Below, piece by piece: positions 8,612 through 17,820 of a stretch of 26,888 bases of DNA. The notes under the pieces are model-generated. The model worked only from the letters and a program-made list of their open reading frames with translations. It was not told the DNA's origin and did not search any database. The DNA lies in the IMG/VR virus record IMGVR_UViG_3300048442_000200, positions 1-26,888 of that record; one strand, written 5' to 3'. A program made the translations under genes and the position numbers. The stretch's first letter is position 1, and each line of letters starts with the position of its first letter. The DNA comes from a virus (taxonomy: Duplodnaviria; Caudoviricetes).

Positions 8612-11600
8612 TTATTGACCCCAGCCATAAGTACGTGCATGACCAAACACAAGGTCTGCATATTCCATTGACTCTTCATTCCCTGGGATAGGTCCACCGT
8701 ATTTATCGACGTTGCCTTCACCAGCGTTATATGCTGTAAGAGCTAAACGGTAATCACCGTTATACTTTTTAAGCAGATATGCCATGTGTTTAGCGCCGTA
8801 ATCGATAGCCTCAGTAGGGTTGAGAGGATTAACACCGGGGTGAAATTCAGTCATGATTTGGGCTACCCCTTGAGCCCCTGCGGAGCTAACTCGGGTGCCA
8901 TCAATAACATCGGGCGCAAATGAATCACTTTCTTGGTGTAGTTGACCAGCATAAATACCTGGATCAATTCCGTGTTTAGCAGCAGCTTCAGCAATGGCGG
9001 AGCCATATCCTCCTGGGACGTTTGCACTCAGGAATGTTTGAGTAGAAACGCCCCTATACTGAAATGCAGTTGTGTTTCCAGTAGAGATCCTGGTGTCAAT
9101 AACAGGAAAATTAACAGGCTGCTGACCTTTAAAGTATTCATTTATAGATCTGTTTATTTGGATGTCGGATGAAGAGGGGCTTCTCAAAATCCGGTAGGTA
9201 TTTCGGTCAAAAGATTTAATATCATTCATTACCGCTTCGAGTTTTTTTTGTGGACTAGCACTTGCAAAGCTTCCACCCAAGTATTTCTCAGCGGCTGCCA
9301 GACGTACTGAATTGCTTTCAATTGCATCATCTAAAGCAGTAGCACCCATTGTGGTAACTTTATCTCCAAACAATACCGAAGAATTTTTAGTCATCCCAGC
9401 GGCCTGGAATGTGGTGTAAGTAGTCTGAGGTGAAGAAAAGTCTACCTTTGTTTTACTAGCAATGCCTGCGTGAACATTGTCATATTCATGAGCCACTGCT
9501 TGGGCTTCTATAAAAGCTTTAGGCGTAACGTTAAAACGTTTAGCAGCTTCCAAAGTTCTAGCAGAATAGTTAGTGCCACCCTGATTCCAAACCTCAGCAT
9601 CTGCTACAAAATTTGTTCGGCTTAAAATTAAATCTTCTGTACCGGCACCTTGGAGGAGCTCAGAGATAGGTGTATTCATATAGGCAAAACTCATCTGCCC
9701 TGTAATTGGGTTGATACGCCCATTAGGAGGTAAAGACCCATAACCAGTACCTAAAAGGCTAAACTTAAAACCATCTCGATCAAAGGGGGCTAGGTCTGCA
9801 TCTTCACTACCTAATACATTGGTAATTTTTAGAAGTTCTTTTTCAAACTTACCTGTAATGAGTCTATCTTTCTCTACTTGAGGCAAGTCCTTAGGCATCT
9901 GAGCGATAAAGGTTCTCATCTCTTGTTCCAACTTGGGAGCTAGTTGTCGAGCAGTAATGGCTATAGTTGTCCTGACATCGCCAGGATCATGTATTCCACC
10001 TCTTTCGATCTGTCCTTCATACTTGCCAACAATTGTTCTAAGGGTGGACTCAATATTACCAAGACCAGCGGCCTTCATCTCAATAGTAACTTCGTCTCGT
10101 AGTTTTATGTCCTTTTTGAGGATAGTAATAAACGCAGGGTCTAAAGATTTAGACCTTTCCCACTTAAGAACCTCTTCCATAGAAGGCGTATCACCATTAG
10201 TTATCCGTTCCTGAATTGATTTTTGAAGAGTCATAGACTCTCTACCGTCATCAACAAGAGAGTCGATCTGTTCCTGAGCATAAACATTGCCAGGAAAATT
10301 TTGACGCAAGTAGTCTTTAGTCTTATTCCTTAAATCAAGGCTCAGATCAGTATCTATAGTATTCCGCAATTTCTGGTTTAACTCACCCATTATACTGTCA
10401 ACTTCAGCCTCCTTTACAGCCGATGCAGCAGTTCCTAATGTATCTTCTAATTTTAATTTGTTTTCAATAGCTTTAAGAATTATTGGTCGATAGTAGTCAT
10501 CTTTTTCAAAAGTAGTTCCTGAATTTCCTGGTACTTTTTCTACGTTAAGTAATGCTCTAGCATCATCTGCATCGCCTAATTTTAGTAGGTCTTTGAGTGC
10601 CTGCTCTTGACGATCTCGGGTAGGAAGTTTAATAAACTTAGCTGATATGTAAGAAGCTTTATCTATGGCTTCCCAAGCCCCCTGATAATCTTTAGCGGCT
10701 GTTCGTGAAGCAGCCAAGGTCTTGCCTGAGTCATAATTATTTGCCTCAGAATATGCTCTTTGTATAGCACCCCATCTTAACTGAGTATTATTTCTAGCCA
10801 TCTTTGCCTGATTACCATACGCCATCAAACCTTCGGCACCATCAGCCTTTGTAAGCTGGTCAGAGTTACCTAAGTAGTCTGCAATATCTGCAATAGCATC
10901 ATAGACATCATCCTCAGTGGCACCTGCACGGATCATCTCCATCAGATTTAATTCTCGACCTTGAAAGGGGATTTTAGTATTCGGATCTTGCACAGCCTCA
11001 TTAAGCCTTGAGGGGAACAAATTGCCTTTAGACCTAATATCAGCTTTGGCTAAGTTTCGAGCTGTCTCTACTCTTAAAGCTGGGGCTCTTAATTGCTGAG
11101 CCTCAATTACGCTTGTAGCCGTGGATTGAATACCTGCTTCTCTAGCCCTATTTTCAACATCAATTTGTGCATCATCTATAATAGAAGAATGAGCAGTACC
11201 GTCACTGATCTTAATTTTACCAGGCATGTTGTCAACGCTAGCCTGGTACTCTTCATTTTTTTTATCTACTAAGGCTGCTTGATCCTTATAGACCATACCA
11301 CCAAATTGGATAAGACCCATTACAGCAGTCTTAACTACTTGAAAATTAGCATTATCAACATTGGCCTTAAACTGCATGTGTTGCAGTTGTAGGTTGTTAT
11401 CAGCTCTTTTGGCAGAATGCTCTGACTTAAGCTTATTTGTAGCCTTTAACTGCTCCAGCTCTAAAGAGTTTTTTTCAACAATTTTTTTATATTCAAGTGC
11501 GTTCTTGTCTTTTAACTGATTAATACTTACTTTACCCTTTTCAGTTGTCTGGTCCATTTGAAGATTAGCCTGAGCCAGCATTTTGCTGATCTCATTATTG

Positions 11601-11884
11601 GCAGTATCAACCTGCTGCTCTAGCTTTAATTCTCTAGCAGCTTGGTCTAGTTGATCTTTAAGAACCAACGCGGCTACTTGATCGGCAGATTGACGCTCAA
11701 GGTTTGACGTTTCGTCCTTTCTTTTAGCCTCTTTATCTAATGTCTGCAGATTCCGTTGAGTACGTTTACCCTCATCTAAAATATTTTGGGTATTGGAAAT
11801 AGCTTTTTCAGGATTGTATTTTACACGTCTTTCCTTGCTTTTGTATTCAGAATTGGACTGGCCGCCTTGGTAAATTCGTGACAT
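8612..11884 (-). CDS. Internal virion protein, gp15-like, with C-terminal lytic transglycosylase (SLT) domain
   Basis: 1090 aa with a coiled-coil N-terminus. C-terminal SLT motifs: AAAKHGIDP...QES (catalytic Glu), SSAGAQGVAQIM, ALTAYNAGEGNV. Confidence 0.85.
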   Translation of the reverse strand: MSRIYQGGQSNSEYKSKERRVKYNPEKAISNTQNILDEGKRTQRNLQTLDKEAKRKDETSNLERQSADQVAALVLKDQLDQAARELKLEQQVDTANNEISKMLAQANLQMDQTTEKGKVSINQLKDKNALEYKKIVEKNSLELEQLKATNKLKSEHSAKRADNNLQLQHMQFKANVDNANFQVVKTAVMGLIQFGGMVYKDQAALVDKKNEEYQASVDNMPGKIKISDGTAHSSIIDDAQIDVENRAREAGIQSTATSVIEAQQLRAPALRVETARNLAKADIRSKGNLFPSRLNEAVQDPNTKIPFQGRELNLMEMIRAGATEDDVYDAIADIADYLGNSDQLTKADGAEGLMAYGNQAKMARNNTQLRWGAIQRAYSEANNYDSGKTLAASRTAAKDYQGAWEAIDKASYISAKFIKLPTRDRQEQALKDLLKLGDADDARALLNVEKVPGNSGTTFEKDDYYRPIILKAIENKLKLEDTLGTAASAVKEAEVDSIMGELNQKLRNTIDTDLSLDLRNKTKDYLRQNFPGNVYAQEQIDSLVDDGRESMTLQKSIQERITNGDTPSMEEVLKWERSKSLDPAFITILKKDIKLRDEVTIEMKAAGLGNIESTLRTIVGKYEGQIERGGIHDPGDVRTTIAITARQLAPKLEQEMRTFIAQMPKDLPQVEKDRLITGKFEKELLKITNVLGSEDADLAPFDRDGFKFSLLGTGYGSLPPNGRINPITGQMSFAYMNTPISELLQGAGTEDLILSRTNFVADAEVWNQGGTNYSARTLEAAKRFNVTPKAFIEAQAVAHEYDNVHAGIASKTKVDFSSPQTTYTTFQAAGMTKNSSVLFGDKVTTMGATALDDAIESNSVRLAAAEKYLGGSFASASPQKKLEAVMNDIKSFDRNTYRILRSPSSSDIQINRSINEYFKGQQPVNFPVIDTRISTGNTTAFQYRGVSTQTFLSANVPGGYGSAIAEAAAKHGIDPGIYAGQLHQESDSFAPDVIDGTRVSSAGAQGVAQIMTEFHPGVNPLNPTEAIDYGAKHMAYLLKKYNGDYRLALTAYNAGEGNVDKYGGPIPGNEESMEYADLVFGHARTYGWGQ

Positions 11885-11892
11885 TTAAAGAG

Positions 11893-11908
11893 CCAGCCCG
11901 TAGACTGG
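11893..11908 (-). other. Intergenic cUACGg tetraloop hairpin
   Basis: Minus strand CCAGUC-UACG-GGCUGG followed by CUCUUU, in the 29-nt gap between the gp14-like and gp15-like genes. Confidence 0.55.
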
Positions 11909-11913
11909 AATAG

Positions 11914-12867
11914 TTAGGTAGGTATCTCAAAACCAACAAAGTTAGGTACTTCAGGCATTTGAGGTAGATAAGGCATTTCAGGGTTGAAGCCGACTTTGCT
12001 TTCAGCTTGTCGATTCCCTTCAAGGTTTTGTTGGAATGCGTTGTCCATATTGATTAGAGCAGTGTCATAATCAGCTTTTAACATTGCTTCTGTGGCTGCA
12101 ACATCTCTACCGGCTTGCCGTTCAGTATCCAACGCTAGAAGACCAACAGACTGTCCTGTACGGCCCGTGGCTAAGATCGAACCCTTGGCTCCGATAGATT
12201 TAGCCAAAATAGTTTGCGCTTTAAATGCAGCCTCTTTTCGCTTTTCTGATAATTGTGATTGTTCACCAAGATAAACTCTATTAGCAGCCTCAGCATTGGC
12301 TATTGACTGTTTAGTAGCAGTCTCGCGCTGGTCTTGATACACCCGACGATCAGTCTGATTTTGTTGCATGAGCATGTTTCGCTCACGCTTAACTGCTTCA
12401 CGCTGTTGCGTATATTTATCTTTTAAAGCATTATTTAATTGTTGGATCTGTAGATTTCGACCTTCTGCAGCCTGCTCAACTTGCAACCGTTGGGCTGACT
12501 GTGTTTGCTGCAGGTTTAATCTTTGTTGATCATAAGCCAGACGCTGTTGCTGAGCCAATCCATCAGCCTGCTGACGCTGTTGCATCATCTGGTTCTGAAA
12601 GTTTTGCTGCATTGACTGCTGCATCTGCATCTGAGCTTGTTGCTGTTGCATCTGCATCTGAGCACGCTGCTGTGCTACTTGCTGAGCTTGGGATCGGTTC
12701 TGCATCTGAATACCGGCCTGTGCATTCTGATACTGCATTTCCATGGAGGCAGCAGCTTGGGCTGATTGTTGTTGGGCTGAATAGATACCCATACCGACTG
12801 AGGCAGCAGTGGTAATACCACCAACGATGTATGTGGCTGTTGCTGCAGCGCTTATTGGTTCGCACAT
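11914..12867 (-). CDS. Internal virion protein, gp14-like (Gln-rich)
   Basis: Starts MCEPISAA with a hydrophobic Gly/Ala segment, typical of gp14-like proteins; GRTGQSVGLL motif; syntenic position. Confidence 0.75.
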   Translation of the reverse strand: MCEPISAAATATYIVGGITTAASVGMGIYSAQQQSAQAAASMEMQYQNAQAGIQMQNRSQAQQVAQQRAQMQMQQQQAQMQMQQSMQQNFQNQMMQQRQQADGLAQQQRLAYDQQRLNLQQTQSAQRLQVEQAAEGRNLQIQQLNNALKDKYTQQREAVKRERNMLMQQNQTDRRVYQDQRETATKQSIANAEAANRVYLGEQSQLSEKRKEAAFKAQTILAKSIGAKGSILATGRTGQSVGLLALDTERQAGRDVAATEAMLKADYDTALINMDNAFQQNLEGNRQAESKVGFNPEMPYLPQMPEVPNFVGFEIPT

Positions 12868-13310
12868 AGTTTTACTACTTCATAATATGGAATATTGAAA
12901 GGTGGTTGTGGAATTGCTCTTAAGGCTTTGAAGCCAAGAAATCTGAGAAATCTGTGGTGTAGTTTATTTCTCGAATCGCATAAGGCATACACCATTTTAT
13001 ATGGCTTTGTAAGAGTATCTATATGCCTCTTAGCTTGCCTTAAGAATGTCAGACCCATAGTCTCTAAGGCAGGGGTACAGAGGGTCCAGATACCAGCATT
13101 ACCATCGTCATCAGGGATTACCCCACCTATTCCTGCTAGGACTCCTTTGTAGTTAGTGAAGGCGAAGGTGTCCTCGCACATAAGAACACCTAAGACACAA
13201 TTAAAGGGTGTACGCCCTAATCCTTCTATTTCAGAAAGATCAGCAGGGCGTAGGTTTTGAGATACATAAATAGCATCCTCTAAAGTAGCTTTACGGATTA
13301 AGTGCTTCAT
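12852..13310 (-). CDS. gp13-like protein (internal virion protein A family, GNAT-like fold)
   Basis: NLRPADLSEI...GIWTLCT...N..HHRFLRFLGF pattern of T7 gp13 homologues; follows tail tubular B. Confidence 0.8.
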   Translation of the reverse strand: MKHLIRKATLEDAIYVSQNLRPADLSEIEGLGRTPFNCVLGVLMCEDTFAFTNYKGVLAGIGGVIPDDDGNAGIWTLCTPALETMGLTFLRQAKRHIDTLTKPYKMVYALCDSRNKLHHRFLRFLGFKALRAIPQPPFNIPYYEVVKLCANQ

Positions 13311-16300
13311 CGTCTAGCGATTCCTCTCGTGGAGTAGTGGCCTTCCCATGAGTAGGAGGTGAGAGCAGCAGGTAGGGGTCCATCTGCTTTGATAGTAAGG
13401 CGGGTTAGATCACCACGACCATAGACACCAATGGCTCGAACACCATCTTCCTGAATAGACGCTGTATCAGCTTCATAAATATCAGCCTGTACCACCTCTA
13501 GCGGGATAGTTCGTGTTGCATAGCCCTTCTGATCTACTGAACACTCATAACGACCTGACATAAATACATTGATATAGACATTCTCAATCATTGGTGGATT
13601 ACGTCTATCTGCTTTGTTTTCTTCTTTTACAAAGAAAGATGGTAATTCAACAACCATGTCATAGCCAACACCAACAATAATATCGTATTCTGCCAGTCTA
13701 TTGCTGACAACAAAGTAATCTCCTGTGGAGTCTGTTTGAGCGTTCCCACTGACATAGAATGTTTCAGAACCACCGTAAGTAGCAGCAAGAAACAGAACTC
13801 CATTTCCCTTGGCTAATCCACTAGGTACGGATACCTTGGTATCACCATTTGATAGAAGTTGAAAAGTTACCCGAGTTTCATCAACCCAGTGGTCAAGTCT
13901 AGGCTGGAACCTACTACCTAATGCGGCGATAGGTGCTGTATCAGGATCATCAACTAGCTCAAGTTTAGACAGAATAGTATTAGATCCATTGCGACCAATA
14001 AAGTAACCAGTATCATGATCGAAGGAGGCTAACTTAATGTCTGTAGGCATTTTCCATGTAGTCCACCCAGCTAGCTGACGTTGGTTGCCTGTATTAAAGA
14101 ACTTAAATACATAAAGATTCTCAGTACCATCCCCCATAATTATGAGGGACTGGTTAGGGACAGAAACAATATGGCTAAGTCCTGGAGGCACTAGCTCTGG
14201 GACAATACGGGTGTTATCAGTGATTTCTGGTCTGGAAGATAAGGAGTCTGTAGCCAACTCAAAGACTTTTGTAGCTGTATTGCTTTCTGTCGTAAAGAGA
14301 ATAGATACTCCAGTCTCAACAGGTTTAATAGAAGACTTATAAGCAAAATTAGACACCTCATCTAGTTTAACTGTAGATGGACCAAAAGCCACATCTTCAG
14401 TACTCATAAGAAACTGACTATTTTCCGCAAATAAAAGCAAACCTTTAGGGGTACCAATAGCATGTTTGAGGATTGCTGGCCTTGTAGTTGAGGTTGACAT
14501 ATCAATGGGATCTGCATCGCTAATAGCAATAGCTGAACCCTGGAAGAAATTAAAGTAATCCCCAGCTTGAGAGAGGACAACAGTATCATCAGATAAAAAA
14601 CCAAGACGATTCTGATAAAAGAATGCCTCTCTAATAGTTTTACCCACAAACGTTGGGGCAGGTGATGTTACTTCATCCCCTACTTTTCTGTCTTGCCAAA
14701 AGTTGTTCTCGTCGAACTCCTTGGTTAACGGCCTTAGGGTAAAAGTACCATCAGACTCCCTAATGAGGGCATGTGGCATTGTATTAGGATTTAAACTTAA
14801 GGGTATACCTGGTTTAATAGTTTCTTCCCAAGCTCCTTGTCCAGGGATACTACCTTCAGTTTTAAATTTTACATAATAGTCGTCAGCATCAGATGCTTCA
14901 GTATTAGCAATTTTTAAAACTATGCCGTCCTCACATTGTGGTGGTAATAGCGATACATCATTAACGGTATCTTTAATACCATATAAAGCGTTGTTAGCTA
15001 CTCCTCCTCTTGTTTGTAAGTTGAAATCGCGTCCATCTGTCCTGTCGATGATAATTACATTACCAACAGGTCTAGCAGTGTAACCACTTAATCCAACAAT
15101 ACTGTTTACTAGGCTAGATACAACTGAAGATGAAGTCAACACTCCAGATGAAGTATCACTTGGTGTTGTAAATGTTGCTGAAGCTTCAGCCTCATAGCTA
15201 TATGAGAAGGTTGTCTCTTCAACTTTTACTGTGTAATTTCTCCCAGAAAGAGTAACATCGACAGTGTCACCAATTTCCCAGTTTAAGCCACCATTATTTA
15301 AAGATACGGTTGTCTTATAAACAGACTTGTAATCATATTGAAATGACTTATCACCTTGCTGCACTCCAGTCACAGTTAGTAAAAGCGAATAAGTGCTACC
15401 TACAGGAATGACACGGGGTTCTGGATCGTCTTGAAGTACTGTAATCTGTTGGGTAGTAGTATCAAGAATAATCTCCTCCATCCCCTGCGTCCAAATATCA
15501 TCGGAGTTACTTATTGTGTAGCTATTAATAAAAGCATCGGTAATGATATATTCATGGGAAATATTTCTAACTTCTACCCGGACTTCAACTCTAAATCCTA
15601 GTTCACCAGCAGGGGTCTGTATTACATGATCAGAGTATAAGTAAGACCCTTCTGCATAATTTGAGGCATCGCCATGCTCAATAGTTGCCCAAATATTTCG
15701 ACCATAATCACTATGACCGAATTGAGCACCACCATCGACATTAATCCGAGTTGGATAGAAGTCACCTTCAATCTCAGTTGTTACAAGTGTTGGAGTACAT
15801 GTTGTATCTAATCTAAAGCCCAGCCCTGCCTTGTTACCAGAGCCATTCTCTGTGAAGTTTTGGATGCCAACGTCTGAACAGACCCCCGTATCCTCCTCTT
15901 CAAAAGAAGCTGGAGAGACTGATAACCTCGAAGCACGTCGTACTTTAACTTGATTTACTGCATCACCATCTCGCAGAAAATCAACTGCATAGGTGGTGTT
16001 ATAGGAAACTTGGTTGATGACTACCAAAGCCTGCTTTAGACCAGCAGCTTGAGTCACAGACGACATCGATACAACCTTCTCAGAATTGACGAGGAAGGTG
16101 TAGTCATTAATCGTTAATGGGTTTAGGTTACTTACGTCATTAACTGCAATATATGCAGAAGCCTCACCCTCCATTTGGACGGTACGTTCTTCACCTGTAT
16201 CAGCCGTAAATACTCGCACCACTTGGGTGCTACCACTACGATACACACATACAACATAGCGATCTTGGTTGTCCCTAAATACAGGAAACCACTTTGCATC

Positions 16301-16480
16301 GACTGGAATGTCAGAGCCTAAATTTTCAATAAACTCAGTTCCTGGGCGCTTAGTACATCCAAAGGTAGGATCTAAATAGACGTTGGTTGCAAGTCTTACC
16401 TGTCCCGGTATCTTTACCGAATCAGGTTGGGCACTAATTCCACCCAAGACATTGCCTATAGTTTGGGAGATAGCAGACAT
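13307..16480 (-). CDS. Tail tubular protein B (gp12, nozzle)
   Basis: N-terminal ISQTIGNVLGGISAQPD...GCTKRPGT, plus FFYQNRLGFLS, SQAGDYFNFF, DPID and C-terminal WEGHYS motifs. Confidence 0.95.
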   Translation of the reverse strand: MSAISQTIGNVLGGISAQPDSVKIPGQVRLATNVYLDPTFGCTKRPGTEFIENLGSDIPVDAKWFPVFRDNQDRYVVCVYRSGSTQVVRVFTADTGEERTVQMEGEASAYIAVNDVSNLNPLTINDYTFLVNSEKVVSMSSVTQAAGLKQALVVINQVSYNTTYAVDFLRDGDAVNQVKVRRASRLSVSPASFEEEDTGVCSDVGIQNFTENGSGNKAGLGFRLDTTCTPTLVTTEIEGDFYPTRINVDGGAQFGHSDYGRNIWATIEHGDASNYAEGSYLYSDHVIQTPAGELGFRVEVRVEVRNISHEYIITDAFINSYTISNSDDIWTQGMEEIILDTTTQQITVLQDDPEPRVIPVGSTYSLLLTVTGVQQGDKSFQYDYKSVYKTTVSLNNGGLNWEIGDTVDVTLSGRNYTVKVEETTFSYSYEAEASATFTTPSDTSSGVLTSSSVVSSLVNSIVGLSGYTARPVGNVIIIDRTDGRDFNLQTRGGVANNALYGIKDTVNDVSLLPPQCEDGIVLKIANTEASDADDYYVKFKTEGSIPGQGAWEETIKPGIPLSLNPNTMPHALIRESDGTFTLRPLTKEFDENNFWQDRKVGDEVTSPAPTFVGKTIREAFFYQNRLGFLSDDTVVLSQAGDYFNFFQGSAIAISDADPIDMSTSTTRPAILKHAIGTPKGLLLFAENSQFLMSTEDVAFGPSTVKLDEVSNFAYKSSIKPVETGVSILFTTESNTATKVFELATDSLSSRPEITDNTRIVPELVPPGLSHIVSVPNQSLIIMGDGTENLYVFKFFNTGNQRQLAGWTTWKMPTDIKLASFDHDTGYFIGRNGSNTILSKLELVDDPDTAPIAALGSRFQPRLDHWVDETRVTFQLLSNGDTKVSVPSGLAKGNGVLFLAATYGGSETFYVSGNAQTDSTGDYFVVSNRLAEYDIIVGVGYDMVVELPSFFVKEENKADRRNPPMIENVYINVFMSGRYECSVDQKGYATRTIPLEVVQADIYEADTASIQEDGVRAIGVYGRGDLTRLTIKADGPLPAALTSYSWEGHYSTRGIARR

Positions 16481-17076
16481 TAGTATCCTTGCAGTGTATT
16501 AATTGGGTTGTATGAGTTGTATTGAGTAAAGCCATCGTTGGTGTTAAATATATTATAATCACCTTGCTGGGTGTCATATTCCATCAACGTTGCACGCGAC
16601 ATAACCTCTTCTCGCTGTCCAAAGGCTACGGCTTCAGAAGAGCCAACAGAGCGTCCTGCAAAGACATTGCCAGCTCTGATAGTGATGTATTCTTTAGCTG
16701 CTTCAGGTAGTTCTTCAAAGTCAAATAACCAGACTACGTCAAGGTTTTGACTACCTTCAAAAATATAAGTATGAGTTTGCTTATTATAAAGCTTACCACC
16801 ACGGATTACAAGAAAGCTATTGGTACGACCATTGCTATCAATAGCCAGAACATTATCAGGAACTCCAATGGTTCCATCAGTATTTGGAGTGAAGGGGTAG
16901 GAGTACTCAGAGTTAAAAATCCACCCTTCGGATTGGACTGCAATATTTACCTCAGCCAAGACAGACTCAGCCATCTCAACTAAAGGGTTGCCACCATCCA
17001 ATGTTGTTGTGGGGGACTGACCAATGTTAGTAAGTACCCTGTTTACTGCTGCTAGTTTTGTTGTTTTAGTAGCCAT
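16480..17076 (-). CDS. Tail tubular protein A (gp11)
   Basis: TKLAAVNRVLTNIGQSP, VQSEGWIFN and FEELPEAAKEYITIRA motifs; directly after the capsid gene. Confidence 0.95.
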   Translation of the reverse strand: MATKTTKLAAVNRVLTNIGQSPTTTLDGGNPLVEMAESVLAEVNIAVQSEGWIFNSEYSYPFTPNTDGTIGVPDNVLAIDSNGRTNSFLVIRGGKLYNKQTHTYIFEGSQNLDVVWLFDFEELPEAAKEYITIRAGNVFAGRSVGSSEAVAFGQREEVMSRATLMEYDTQQGDYNIFNTNDGFTQYNSYNPINTLQGY

Positions 17077-17091
17077 TAATTTCTAGGGAAT

Positions 17092-17123
17092 GAGAAGCCC
17101 CGAGGACCCGAAGGTCCAAGGAG
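17092..17123 (-). terminator. Hairpin after the capsid gene (T-phi-like terminator)
   Basis: Minus strand CUCCUUGGACC-UUCG-GGUCCUCGGGG then CUUCUCAUU, right after the capsid TAATAA. Same position as T7 T-phi, but the U tract is weak. Confidence 0.65.
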
Positions 17124-17130
17124 TTATTTA

Positions 17131-17594
17131 TTAAGCAGCTTGGATAGAACCAGCTACAGAAACACGCAGAGTGTCACAACCCATTGCCAATTTACCGACG
17201 ATTAGGTCGCCTTGGAATTGGACATGGTAGTCTCCACTTGTGGTTTCGATGCTTGGGCCAATAGCCTCAAGCGTACCGGCGGCTTCCTTTTGGAAGACAA
17301 GGCCCGCAAGATTGGAACAATCAACCTTATAGTCGTTGTTCTCGCCGCTAACATCAGTGTTGAAGTTAGTGCCATACATTTCTGCAAGCACGTTGGACTT
17401 ATAGATACGAATACCGGCGATAGAGTAGAGACCTTTGCCGCTATTCATATCACCCTGAGTATTTCCAATCTCTCGATTGAGAATATTCGTGTCCACGGAG
17501 GAAATCAAACTGTAGTACTGACGTGGGCTGAGAACAGCACAGCGTCCGTCTGCAGGAGCATTACGCTCATCAAGTACAGCAGCAGCTTCAAAAA
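17131..17594 (-). CDS. Major capsid protein (gp10), exon 2
   Basis: FEAAAVLDERNAPADGRCAVLSPRQYYSLI...IAGIRIYKSN...QGDLIVGKLAMGCDTLR is the C-terminal half of a T7-type capsid protein. It joins exon 1 in frame after intron removal. Confidence 0.93.
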
Positions 17595-17820
17595 CGTGTA
17601 ATTCCCTACTTTCATAGGGCACAGACTATATCTTCATCCCAGTGGGATGTCGGACGCTATTGGTGTATTACGTGACACGCTTGTCACACCACCTAGTCGT
17701 TGCACCTTCCCCGCAAGCGTGCGGGGCTTGGCTCAGGATTGCCTTAGGCTTTCGCCCTTAGGTTTCCCTGAGTTCATCCGATTTCACTTATATGTTGCCA
17801 CATAAGGGGCCAATTCATTT
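17595..17820 (-). ncRNA. Group I self-splicing intron, 226 nt, no internal ORF
   Basis: Exon ends in U and intron ends in G. P1 GGCU/GGCC with U-G at the splice site; P2 CUUAUGUG-GCAA-CAUAUAAG; P3 UCGGAUG/CGUCCGA; P4 CUCAGG/CCUGAG; P5 with GAAA loop; P6a CCCCGCA/UGCGGGG; P7 GACUA/UAGUC; J8/7 GAAGAUA; P8 CAUCCC/GGGAUG; P9 CCCUAU-GAAA-GUAGGG. Confidence 0.95.

Noticed and set aside
17125-17200. T7 10B-type capsid frameshift extension
   Set aside because: No clear slippery site, tandem stop codons, and tail tubular A starts only 55 nt later.
17131-17622. ORF-track 163-aa protein starting MPYESRELHV as an independent gene
   Set aside because: Its GTG start and first codons lie in the intron's P9 region; the rest is capsid exon 2.
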